A stretch of 63,989 nucleotides of DNA, counting the filler, from an uncultured bacterium (GTDB lineage Bacteria > Auribacterota > CAZIXI01), in assembly GCA_964543115.1 (NCBI GenBank). It is 5 parts of 5 records of this genome, joined end to end, with 100 filler letters (N's around TTAATTAATTAA, not from the genome) between each part and the next. Parts side by side here need not be neighbours in the genome. Positions count along the whole stretch, not along the records: positions 1 to 14,136 come from CAZIXI010000065.1; 4 more parts are not named here. One strand, given 5' to 3'. Below are positions 1 through 8,967 of this stretch, piece by piece (the first letter of the stretch is position 1; every line of letters begins with the position of its first letter). The notes beneath the pieces were generated by a model. It was not told where the DNA came from. It ran no database searches and was given only the letters and a program-made list of their open reading frames with translations. The translations under genes were made by a program, and so were the position numbers.

Positions 1-157
1 CTAATCCTTCCTCCTGTTCCTGCTTGGAAATGGTTGTGGCCTCCGGTGCACTAAAATGCTGGATATGCACCAAACCCAACTGACGTAATTGCCGCAAAAA
101 CGCTTCTCGCGTATTCGCGGAAACCAACAGTGTAATTTTCTTCATCCGAACAATCAT
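1..157 (-). CDS. ntpI: V-type ATP synthase subunit I, N-terminus (runs off window start)
   Basis: Manual translation from ATG at 157: MIVRMKKITLLVSANTREAFLRQLRQLGLVHIQH, the typical subunit I start. It directly follows subunit D and is absent from the ORF track. Confidence 0.8.
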   Translation of the reverse strand, partial: MIVRMKKITLLVSANTREAFLRQLRQLGLVHIQHFSAPEATTISKQEQEEGL

Positions 158-178
158 AAAACCTTTTCTTACACCTTT

Positions 179-802
179 TTAGGCAGATACTAAATCCACC
201 CGTTTTTGTATTTTATCTTTGGCAATCTTACCGATCACCACCGCGGCGGTCTGCAGGTCCCCTATATAAATCCGGATCTTGCGAATATTTTCCTGGGCCT
301 CGGGAATCTTTACCTTCTCAAACAAATTCACCCGTTGCGTGGTAATCCGTAATTCTTCCCTGACCGCTTCCAGCTGTTTGGCAAGTATTTGCTGTTTTAC
401 CCGCAGGGAAACCATCTTTTCCACGGCAAGAACACCAAAATCAACCCACAACGGTACGCTTAGTAAATCATATTCTTTTCTCTGAAAATCGACATTCTCT
501 AAAACAGGTATGTCCACCCCAGCCACGTTACCTGCCCGGGTAATCACTTTCGCTTCGGGAAATAAAGACTTTACATCAATATCTTCGGCAAAAACATCTA
601 CCCACTTAACAAATTCTTTCTCAAAATCCTTGATTTCCTGTTGGACCCCGTCCAGTTCCCGCTGAATACGTAAGATCTCCAATTGCAATTGCTGTTTCTT
701 CAACTGCAGGGTAGGAAGATAGCGCTGATACCGCTCCAGGGCATCTTTTTGCTGTTTCAGTTCATTTTTAGTCAACTTAATCTTCGCCATACTGATAACC
801 AA
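179..802 (-). CDS. ntpD: V-type ATP synthase subunit D
   Basis: KLTKNELK..LERYQRYLPTLQLKKQQL and TTQRVNLFEKVKIP motifs; operon position. Confidence 0.93.
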   Translation of the reverse strand: MVISMAKIKLTKNELKQQKDALERYQRYLPTLQLKKQQLQLEILRIQRELDGVQQEIKDFEKEFVKWVDVFAEDIDVKSLFPEAKVITRAGNVAGVDIPVLENVDFQRKEYDLLSVPLWVDFGVLAVEKMVSLRVKQQILAKQLEAVREELRITTQRVNLFEKVKIPEAQENIRKIRIYIGDLQTAAVVIGKIAKDKIQKRVDLVSA

Positions 803-812
803 TTACTAATAA

Positions 813-2117
813 CTAACTACTAGCTTTCTTCGGCCAGTGTTTCTCGATTAATTCCGTGCGGAAGTTAGTCTCTTCCGGCTGAAAACAATCAGCCATCATC
901 TGCCAGCCGCCGTCCAGGGCCTGCTCCAGCGGAACATTCACCTGGAGATTCATCATCTGGTCTTCAAATCTCTCCCCGTACTTAATCAACTTATTATCCC
1001 AGTCACTCATCTTAAATCCCATTGCCCGTTTCTCGACGGTTTCTGTATACTGCGAATAAAGCTGGATCATCCCGTCCATAATCGCGCGGTGATCATCGCG
1101 GGTATTCTTATTAACCAGTTGTTTTAGGCGGCTGAGTGAACCAAAAGGTTCAATCCGGCCGTTACGCAGATAAAACTGCCCTTCGGTAATATACCCCGTA
1201 TTATCAGGTACCGGATGAGTGATATCATCTCCCGGCATAGTGGTTACGGCTAAAACCGTTATTGATCCGGCATCCTCAAAATCAACCGCCTTCTCATAAC
1301 GTGAGGCCAGCTGACTGTAAAGATCACCCGGATATCCCCGGTTGGAAGGTACCTGTTCCATGGTAATGGCGATTTCCTTTAAGGCGTCGGCAAAATTTGT
1401 CATATCGCTTAAGAGCACCAAAACCTTCTTTCCCTGTAAGGCAAATTTTTCCGCTACCGCCAATGCCAGATCGGGAATCATGATCCCTTCCACAATCGGC
1501 TCAGCCGCAGTATGCACAAAAAATATTGTCCGGCCTAAGGCCCCGCCTTCTTCCAGGGTATTGCGAAAATACATATACTGATCGTATTTGAGCCCAATTC
1601 CGCCTAAAACAATCAAATCCACTTCCGCCTGCAGGGCAATCCTAGCCAGCACCTCATTATACGGCTCACCGGAAACAGAGAAGATCGGCAGCTTTTGCGA
1701 TTCCACCAGGGAATTAAATACATCGATCATCGGAATATTGGTCCTGATCATGTTACTGGGAATAATCCTCTTTGCCGGATTAACCGCCGGACCGGCTATC
1801 TCAATCAGATTCTCAGTCAATGCCGGCCCATTATCGCGGGGCAAGCCGCTGCCGTTAAAAATCCGGCCCAGCATATTCTCAGAAAATCCCACCTTCATCG
1901 GGTGCCCGAGAAACCGTACCTCATCCCCGGTAGAAATCCCCCGGGAACCGGCAAAGGCCTGCAGGTATACCTTATCGTTATCAAGCTTGATTACCTGCGC
2001 CAGGGATTTGCCCCAGGAACTGGCCACTTCCGCCAGTTCTTCATAGGCCACTCCTTCCGCCCGGACCATGATCACGTTACCGACAATACTCAAGATTCTT
2101 GTACATACTTTTTGCAT
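813..2117 (-). CDS. ntpB: V-type ATP synthase subunit B
   Basis: [28 protein letters not shown] and [18 protein letters not shown] motifs. Confidence 0.96.
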   Translation of the reverse strand: MQKVCTRILSIVGNVIMVRAEGVAYEELAEVASSWGKSLAQVIKLDNDKVYLQAFAGSRGISTGDEVRFLGHPMKVGFSENMLGRIFNGSGLPRDNGPALTENLIEIAGPAVNPAKRIIPSNMIRTNIPMIDVFNSLVESQKLPIFSVSGEPYNEVLARIALQAEVDLIVLGGIGLKYDQYMYFRNTLEEGGALGRTIFFVHTAAEPIVEGIMIPDLALAVAEKFALQGKKVLVLLSDMTNFADALKEIAITMEQVPSNRGYPGDLYSQLASRYEKAVDFEDAGSITVLAVTTMPGDDITHPVPDNTGYITEGQFYLRNGRIEPFGSLSRLKQLVNKNTRDDHRAIMDGMIQLYSQYTETVEKRAMGFKMSDWDNKLIKYGERFEDQMMNLQVNVPLEQALDGGWQMMADCFQPEETNFRTELIEKHWPKKASS

Positions 2118-2138
2118 AAAAAGCTCCTTGTCAAGTTT

Positions 2139-3878
2139 CTAAGCAACCTTCTCCGTCTCGCTCATAGTTAACATCTCAGCTATTTTCTTCTCCTGTTGCT
2201 TAAACTCCTCAGATTGAAACTCCTTATAATTCCAATCAATAAACGTCTGCCGTAGTTTATAAAAATAACTGCGGGCCGCTTCTTTGGCAGAGAACTCAAA
2301 TTCCTTCTTTAATATTTCCACTACTTTAGTAAAAACATACTGCTGGCGTTCAGCACTGCTTGAGGCATCAACCGGATCAAAACCATTCTGCATCAGATAA
2401 ACATTATCCAAAAAATCCGCTTTTAAATAGATAATAAAATCAGCCAGCGAAGTTCCCTCTTCACCGACAACCTTCATCATCTGCTTGACCTCTTCTCCCC
2501 GCACTAAAATCCGGCGGGCAGCAGTTGTTAACTCCTCTTTAATAAAACTCTTATATTTTGTCCAGCTTTCCAGCGGATCAATCGAAGGAAATTTACGGGC
2601 ATTGGACCGGTCCCGGCTTAAGCCGTGGAAGGCGCCAACCACCTTCAGGGTGGACTGAGTAACCGGCTCTTCAAAATTGCCCCCCGCCGGACTAACCGTC
2701 CCGCCAATTGTCAAACTGCCAATTTCACCATCGTGTAATTTCACTAACCCTGCCCGTTCATAAAAACTGGCAATCCTACTCTCTAAATAAGCCGGATAGG
2801 CCTCTTCTCCGGGAATCTCTTCCAGGCGTCCGGAGATTTCCCGCATCGCCTGGGCCCAGCGGGAAGTGGAATCAGCCAGTAATAACACATTTAAACCCAT
2901 CTGGCGGTAATATTCCGCTAAGGTAGCCGCGGTATACACACTGGATTCCCGGGCTGCTACCGGCATGGAAGAGGTGTTACAAATGATTATAGTGCGTTCC
3001 ATTAAAGTTTTTCCGGTACGTGGATCCTGTAAATGAGGGAACTCCCGCAAAGTCTCCACCACTTCTCCCGCCCGTTCCCCGCAGGCGGCAATTAGCACAA
3101 TATCCACTTCCGCATAGCGGCTGGTTAACTGCTGGAGCACAGTCTTGCCGGCGCCAAACGGCCCCGGAATACAATAGGTACCGCCTTTAGCCACCGGAAA
3201 CAGGGTATCAATAATTCGTACCCGGGTAATCAGAGGATCTTGCGGAAGAATTTTTTCCGGATAGGCAGTTATGGGCACCTTCACCGGCCAGTCAAAGGTC
3301 ATGGTTACTGAGAACGTATTGTCTTTTTGATCGGTAATTTTGGCGATCATTTGAGTAATCGTATATTCACCCGCAGAAACTATCTCGGCAATAGTATATT
3401 CACCAAGAAAATTAAACGGTACCATTATTTTGTGCTGAAAGATACCTTCCGGAACCGTACCCAGCACACTGCCGGCCACTACCTTATCTCCTTTCTTGGC
3501 TGTAGGAGTAAACTTCCACTTCGTCTCCGTGGAAAGTGCTCCCAACTCTATCCCCACAGGCAGGAAAAAACCAAATTCCGCCGCCAATTCCGGCAACGGA
3601 TTCTGCAGACCGTCATATATCTGCTGCAGAAGACCAGGACCCAGCTGCACAGAAAGCATCTCTCCGGAAAATTCTACCTCGTCCCCCACCCTGATATTTT
3701 TGGTATACTCAAATACCTGCATAAAGGCAATATCACCCTCGATCTTGATCACTTCTGACTTCAGGCGCTGCTTTCCCTTTAACACATAACCCACTTCATT
3801 CTGGATGATATCCCCCGCGCATTTTACCGAAATCATATTCCCGGTAATCGCCACTACCTTTCCTTTTGTTTTACCCAT
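2139..3878 (-). CDS. ntpA: V-type ATP synthase subunit A
   Basis: Walker A GPFGAGKT, CGERAGEV, ADSTSRWAQAMREISGRLEEIPGEEAYPAYL. Confidence 0.97.
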   Translation of the reverse strand: MGKTKGKVVAITGNMISVKCAGDIIQNEVGYVLKGKQRLKSEVIKIEGDIAFMQVFEYTKNIRVGDEVEFSGEMLSVQLGPGLLQQIYDGLQNPLPELAAEFGFFLPVGIELGALSTETKWKFTPTAKKGDKVVAGSVLGTVPEGIFQHKIMVPFNFLGEYTIAEIVSAGEYTITQMIAKITDQKDNTFSVTMTFDWPVKVPITAYPEKILPQDPLITRVRIIDTLFPVAKGGTYCIPGPFGAGKTVLQQLTSRYAEVDIVLIAACGERAGEVVETLREFPHLQDPRTGKTLMERTIIICNTSSMPVAARESSVYTAATLAEYYRQMGLNVLLLADSTSRWAQAMREISGRLEEIPGEEAYPAYLESRIASFYERAGLVKLHDGEIGSLTIGGTVSPAGGNFEEPVTQSTLKVVGAFHGLSRDRSNARKFPSIDPLESWTKYKSFIKEELTTAARRILVRGEEVKQMMKVVGEEGTSLADFIIYLKADFLDNVYLMQNGFDPVDASSSAERQQYVFTKVVEILKKEFEFSAKEAARSYFYKLRQTFIDWNYKEFQSEEFKQQEKKIAEMLTMSETEKVA

Positions 3879-4389
3879 ATTTTACCTCACATAGTTGATG
3901 AAATACCTGCCAGCCCCGGTCTTTTTTAAATTGGGCCAGCCTTGATATAATCTGCAATTTGAATAAATAAACTACCAGCCAGTTAATATCCGCAAAATAA
4001 CAGCTTTCCAGCTGTTCCAGAAAATTCCAGTTAATTTCTTCCAGCCGTTTTTCCATTAACAACGGCGTCGGTTGCTCAAAAATCTCACTATAGACAGAAG
4101 TCTGCCGGCCGCCAGCGCCCGTTTGTTTGGCCTGGCGCAGACCCGCTATTGTTTCCCTCAAGGCCAGCTGGAACTCCCGCCAATCCCTAAGTACCGCCAG
4201 ATCATCCGGGCCGCTAACCAAAGAATTTACATCTTCTTTTTGTAAAATGGATATTTCACTTTCCGACACCCATTTCGCGCATTCAAAAAGGAAATCCTCT
4301 ATTTTGATGGGCAGTTCCCTGCCGTATTTCAAATAGGGCAGAGAAGCTGCTAGGTAGTAATAGATAGTACTCATAACCTTTATTATCAC
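3871..4389 (-). CDS. V-ATPase accessory subunit (DUF2764 / subunit C-like)
   Basis: YYYLAASLPYL N-terminus and YLFKLQIISR C-terminus; lies between E and A as in Chlamydiae/Bacteroidetes-type operons. Confidence 0.75.
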   Translation of the reverse strand: MIIKVMSTIYYYLAASLPYLKYGRELPIKIEDFLFECAKWVSESEISILQKEDVNSLVSGPDDLAVLRDWREFQLALRETIAGLRQAKQTGAGGRQTSVYSEIFEQPTPLLMEKRLEEINWNFLEQLESCYFADINWLVVYLFKLQIISRLAQFKKDRGWQVFHQLCEVKYG

Positions 4390-4392
4390 TGA

Positions 4393-5001
4393 TTACTTAT
4401 CGCTGGCATCCAGGATAGTTCTCAATTTCGGATTCAGATATACCTTCATGGCTTCAGTTAAGGCCTCAGCAGTAAAATCATAAAAATAATTCTGCCCCTT
4501 TTGGCCGATCCGAAAACCGTTTTCCACTGTAGCAGCCACCTTGAAGGTGACTCCTTTTCGCAGTTCCGCGCGTAAAGTCTGTAAAATCGCTTTTGCTAAC
4601 TTTTCCTGATCCCCTTTACTGAGCACAACCTCCAATTCCAACACTCCCTGCTCTTTAAAATGTTCTATCAGTTTTACGATCACTTCCTGCAGAATTGCGG
4701 GAGAAAGCTGTTCCCCTATTTCTTTTTTCAGGACCTGATCAAAAAGATCGGTAATCTTCTGCTTGAGCATAAGAACCACATCCCGCACCGCCTGTCGGGC
4801 CCCCTCCTCAGCCTGTTTTTTTAATTTATCTGCTTCCGCAGTGGCCCCGGCAATAGTCTTTTTCCGTTGTGCCTCAGCCTCAGCAACTATTGATTTTGCC
4901 TTCTGCTGTGCCTGGGAAACAATCTCCTGCGCCTTTTTGTCCGCTTCCGCTACTCCTTCCTGTTTAATCTTTTCAATAATGCCTTCTAATGCCATTTCCA
5001 T
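4393..5001 (-). CDS. ntpE: V-type ATP synthase subunit E
   Basis: LEGIIEKIKQEGVAEA coiled coil, GFRIG..YDFT..AL; SD AAAGGAG 6 nt upstream. Confidence 0.88.
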   Translation of the reverse strand: MEMALEGIIEKIKQEGVAEADKKAQEIVSQAQQKAKSIVAEAEAQRKKTIAGATAEADKLKKQAEEGARQAVRDVVLMLKQKITDLFDQVLKKEIGEQLSPAILQEVIVKLIEHFKEQGVLELEVVLSKGDQEKLAKAILQTLRAELRKGVTFKVAATVENGFRIGQKGQNYFYDFTAEALTEAMKVYLNPKLRTILDASDK

Positions 5002-5016
5002 AAGGTTCTCCTTTGT

Positions 5017-5114
5017 CCCGCCCTTTGGGTGATATTAGCCAAAAAGCTTATTCTTATTTCATTTATCAGTTCTGCCCATATTCTCTTGTTCATTTGCCCC
5101 TCACAAAGGGCGGG
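5017..5114. repeat. 11-bp perfect inverted repeat in the V-ATPase leader
   Basis: CCCGCCCTTTG (5017-5027) / CAAAGGGCGGG (5104-5114). Confidence 0.7.
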
Positions 5115-5231
5115 GCTTTTCAAATTTGGTTAGTATTGACTTAGATAGATTTTATATTATACAATGAACCTACATTTTTGCAAATTATATAATATTTAAT
5201 ACAATTCAATTATAATAAGAATGAGGCAAAA

Positions 5232-6362
5232 TTGAATCAATCCCTTATTACTGCTGAACGAACACAACAAGCCAAAAAGTACCAATCCATTCGCAACAAA
5301 TTATTCCTGATAGAAACCTTATTTACTATAATCATCCTTACGATTTTGATAGTGGGGGGAAATAGGGGCATATCAGCCTATATTTCAGTCAATATTGGTG
5401 GATTCTTACGGAATGTTTATCTCACAATTGGGTTGTATGTGGGGGTTTTACTCATTGGTCAATTCCTATTATTTCTACCTTTAAGCTACTATTCAGGTTA
5501 TACACTCGAACACAAGTTCAATCTGAGCACCCAAAAGGTTAGTAACTGGCTAAAAGATCAACTCAAATCCCTGGCTATTTCCTTAATTCTATCGATAATT
5601 ATTATCGAGGTTGTTTATCTGCTCTTGAGAAGAAGCGGTAATCTGTGGTGGCTCTGGGCAGGAATACTCTGGATTTTCTTCACTATCATCTTAAGTCGTT
5701 TAGCGCCAATAGTTTTAATTCCATTATTCTTTAAACTCACCCCGCTGAAGGACGAGGAGTTAGCCTCCAGATTAAAGTCACTGGCTCAAAAAGTTGGCTC
5801 TAAGATACTGGGTATCTTTGAGATAGATCTAAGCCGAAAAACGAAAAAAGCCAATGCCGCCTTTACCGGCTGGGGTAAGACAAAAAGGATTCTATTAAGC
5901 GATACCCTGCTTAAAGAATATACTGCCGATGAAATAGAGGTTATTCTGGCCCATGAATTGGCCCATTATTACTATAAACATATCTGGAAATTGTTAACGC
6001 TGGGAATTGCCTCTACCATTATCGGTCTATGGCTTGCTGACCAGATCCTGGCTGTTTCCGTCACCCGGCTGGGTTTTAGCGGCATTGCCGATATAGCCGC
6101 TTTTCCTTTATTTGCCCTTATCCTGTTTATCTTTATGCTTTTCTTCCTGCCTGTAAACAATACCTTTTCCCGCCTAATGGAGCGCCAGGCGGACAAAATG
6201 GCCATTGAATTAACCAATAAGCCCCAGGCCTTTATTGACAGCATGAATAAACTGGCCTACCAGAACCTGGCCGATACCAAACCCAACCCCATAATTCATT
6301 TCATTTTACATAATCATCCGAGTATTTCCGAACGCGTCGCCATGGCGAAAAAGTATCTGTAG
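5232..6362 (+). CDS. M48 (Ste24/HtpX-like) membrane zinc metalloprotease
   Basis: ANAAFTGWGKTKRILLSDTLL, VILAHELAH (HExxH), ERQAD, HPSISER; multiple TM helices. Confidence 0.92.
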   Translation: MNQSLITAERTQQAKKYQSIRNKLFLIETLFTIIILTILIVGGNRGISAYISVNIGGFLRNVYLTIGLYVGVLLIGQFLLFLPLSYYSGYTLEHKFNLSTQKVSNWLKDQLKSLAISLILSIIIIEVVYLLLRRSGNLWWLWAGILWIFFTIILSRLAPIVLIPLFFKLTPLKDEELASRLKSLAQKVGSKILGIFEIDLSRKTKKANAAFTGWGKTKRILLSDTLLKEYTADEIEVILAHELAHYYYKHIWKLLTLGIASTIIGLWLADQILAVSVTRLGFSGIADIAAFPLFALILFIFMLFFLPVNNTFSRLMERQADKMAIELTNKPQAFIDSMNKLAYQNLADTKPNPIIHFILHNHPSISERVAMAKKYL

Positions 6363-6388
6363 GCCAACAACACAGGAACAACATTATT

Positions 6389-6889
6389 ATGTCCTTAAAA
6401 ATGTTTTATTCTCTCTGGATACCCTTATTACTGTTTTTTCTTGATGTATTTTTATTCGGGCAGGGAATAATCGCTCTGGGAACGGCTGCTGTGGTAGTCT
6501 TCTACTTTTTGCCTAAGGCCTTAGCCAGTTTAATAAACAAAAAAGATATAAAAATAAAATTCCGGCGTTTGTTGATTTACACAGTTCTCGTTGTGGCAAT
6601 CTTAACTGTAATTAAATATGACCAGAGGCTGGCCCAACGTAAAGCAGAAATGCTTATTAATGCCCTTGAGGAATATCAGGCGGAATATAAGCGCTATCCT
6701 GACAAGTTAGTGGAACTTGTACCGGATTTTTTAGCGAAGATTCCCCGGGCTAGAATAAGCTTATTGTATTCGTCTAAATTTAGTTATACAAGCACTGAAA
6801 ACAACCATATCTTGATCTATACCATCCTCCCCCCGTTCGGCAGGAAATGTTATAATCTGGAAGAAAAGAACTGGTTTTCTCTGGATTAA
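6389..6889 (+). CDS. Hypothetical membrane protein with a pilin/GspG-like periplasmic segment
   Basis: Three hydrophobic helices, then LINALEEYQAEYKRYPDKLVELVPDFLAKIP. Confidence 0.55.
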   Translation: MSLKMFYSLWIPLLLFFLDVFLFGQGIIALGTAAVVVFYFLPKALASLINKKDIKIKFRRLLIYTVLVVAILTVIKYDQRLAQRKAEMLINALEEYQAEYKRYPDKLVELVPDFLAKIPRARISLLYSSKFSYTSTENNHILIYTILPPFGRKCYNLEEKNWFSLD

Positions 6890-6917
6890 AGCAGCCGCAC
6901 TCCCTTTGCCGGCCACC

Positions 6918-7211
6918 TCAAAAATCCATCTTCGAAAACACATACATGGCGGCTGCGGAAAATGCAATAGCATAGGTAATTAAAAAGAAAATAATAATCA
7001 GCAGACATCTCAAGCTGTATCTTAACAAGGGCTTTTCGATCCGGGAGAAGGCCCGAATGTTTGCCCAGATACAGCCCAGGGCAATAATGGTTAGATAAAA
7101 ATAATGAGGTATCCGAAACGCTAAAACCTTACGATTATCCAACCAGCTACCATAATAAGCAAGCAGTGAACAAACCACTAGAACAGTAATATTTTTTATC
7201 GGTGTTTTCAT
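6918..7211 (-). CDS. Small hypothetical membrane protein
   Basis: 97 aa with three hydrophobic segments, co-oriented with the upstream cassette. Confidence 0.55.
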   Translation of the reverse strand: MKTPIKNITVLVVCSLLAYYGSWLDNRKVLAFRIPHYFYLTIIALGCIWANIRAFSRIEKPLLRYSLRCLLIIIFFLITYAIAFSAAAMYVFSKMDF

Positions 7212-7230
7212 TTTGCACTAGAGGAACATT

Positions 7231-8295
7231 TTAATCCCAGGAAGTACCTCCCATTTCTACTCCTAATAATCCCCCTGATGACTGCCCCGATCCAATAAGA
7301 TTAGCTATCGCCTCTTCATTTTGTTTTCCTTGCAGCTGCCCTACCGAACGGCCATTTTTGTAAAGCCGGATAATTGGAAAAGCGGTTATCCCCTCCTGTT
7401 GAAATATCTTCCGGCAATCTCTCATATCGGCCTTCGCAAACTTGACCCCGGGATATTTCCCCGCTATTCCCTCTATTACTTTCACTTGTTTGCCTGAATT
7501 AGCATCAAAAGAGGAACAGAAAACCACCAAAACCGGCGTGGGTGACTGGCCTACTTCGGAATTCCAATTGCTATCAGATAATTCCACTAAGGGAACCGAG
7601 CCGGAAAGGGAAGGTTGATCCAGCAGTTCCTGTAACCACCTCCTGCGCAAACTCTCTAGATTATAAAAAGCCTGCCCGAATGTTATCCCTCTGGCCAGCT
7701 CCGCGTCCAGGCGATCAATCGGCGCCTGGCTCAATCCGCTGGCCCCGGCATTTCCCTGCAGCCAGGTAACATTACGCCGCAGTAAATCATACGTTCCCGG
7801 TCGTGTCTCTCTTGTATATCCCTGGCCGTAATCTGCTGTGCCTTCAGCACCGCCCAGCCATACTCCTTGGCTGAAAATCAAGGCAGCCTGCTCACCAAAT
7901 CTGTCGCGGCACTGTTGCTGGAGCTCATCCATCAACACCCGGCTCCGGCCCCGCGGACCCTGCGGGCTCTGATCAAGATATTGCTGCCGGCTGAGCATCG
8001 GTACGTCCCGCAAAAGGGTTCTTATTGATTCCGTCGGCAAACCAAGATTACCGGCTATACTTAAAACGTTACCAAGACAGCGGCGGATGTTGGTATAGAT
8101 CTGCGAGTTGGAACTCAACAAGGCATTCATGTCCAGGCCCATGGAAACCGCCCGGCCCAAATTGTACCCGAGCTTGAAAACATCCTGCCTTTGCTGATCC
8201 GCGAAGAGAGAACCTGCCGATATAAGAAGAAAGAAACACAATATAAAAAATAGAAAATTTAATTTCTTAACTATCATCTTCTTAAAGACAAACAT
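7231..8295 (-). CDS. Secreted protein with a C-terminal thioredoxin-like domain lacking CxxC
   Basis: Signal peptide ending SLFA; PVLVVFCSSFDANS..VKFAKAD..GITAFPIIRLYKNG..LQG; SD AAGGAGG. Confidence 0.7.
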   Translation of the reverse strand: MFVFKKMIVKKLNFLFFILCFFLLISAGSLFADQQRQDVFKLGYNLGRAVSMGLDMNALLSSNSQIYTNIRRCLGNVLSIAGNLGLPTESIRTLLRDVPMLSRQQYLDQSPQGPRGRSRVLMDELQQQCRDRFGEQAALIFSQGVWLGGAEGTADYGQGYTRETRPGTYDLLRRNVTWLQGNAGASGLSQAPIDRLDAELARGITFGQAFYNLESLRRRWLQELLDQPSLSGSVPLVELSDSNWNSEVGQSPTPVLVVFCSSFDANSGKQVKVIEGIAGKYPGVKFAKADMRDCRKIFQQEGITAFPIIRLYKNGRSVGQLQGKQNEEAIANLIGSGQSSGGLLGVEMGGTSWD

Positions 8296-8348
8296 ATCCT
8301 GCCTCCTTTGAATATCGATTCTCCGTAAATACCTTTCTTCCTGCAGTA

Positions 8349-8873
8349 TTATTTCAGATACTTTTCGAATTCATTAGCGAGTTTGGTAAACTTCTTAAGG
8401 AATTCCTCATTAACGGTATCCGGATAATCTAAATCCACCATAAGAAAACAATCCTTTTTCTCAGATTCCGGCGCCAGCATCAAGGTCTTGAAATAAAGCC
8501 GGTCCAGTGTTTGCGGGCGAGTTGTCGCGTAAAGATGTTTACCTGGCATGATCTCTATGTAACCAACAATACCGCTTTCTTTTTTGTTCTTGCCGGCAAA
8601 TAATTTCCTCTCAGGTCCTTTCGTTTCATAGGCCTCTTCTTCCCACATCCCCATTTTATTCATATCATGAATCATAAAATCTCTGGCCCCATATTCAAAC
8701 GCGATTTCTTTACCGGTCACGGAAACCTCGGCCTTAGGGTAATATTGGAGAACAAGCTCTTTTACCTTTTCCCCAAACTCTTTCAGGCTGGGCACTTCTT
8801 CACCATAGACGTTGGTCCCCAAACAAAAAACCGTTAAGGCCACAAAAGCCACAATCATAATCCCATACTTCAT
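8349..8873 (-). CDS. Secreted hypothetical protein
   Basis: Start reassigned to ATG 8873 (GGAGG 6 nt upstream); signal peptide MKYGIMIVAFVALTVFCLGTNVYG. Confidence 0.7.
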   Translation of the reverse strand: MKYGIMIVAFVALTVFCLGTNVYGEEVPSLKEFGEKVKELVLQYYPKAEVSVTGKEIAFEYGARDFMIHDMNKMGMWEEEAYETKGPERKLFAGKNKKESGIVGYIEIMPGKHLYATTRPQTLDRLYFKTLMLAPESEKKDCFLMVDLDYPDTVNEEFLKKFTKLANEFEKYLK

Positions 8874-8967
8874 ACCCACCTCCATCTTTTCCCACCGTCT
8901 CCCCAATACCCTGCAGGGAAATGTACAGGGTAAGGATAAATTATAATTCACCAAACCACTACACTAA

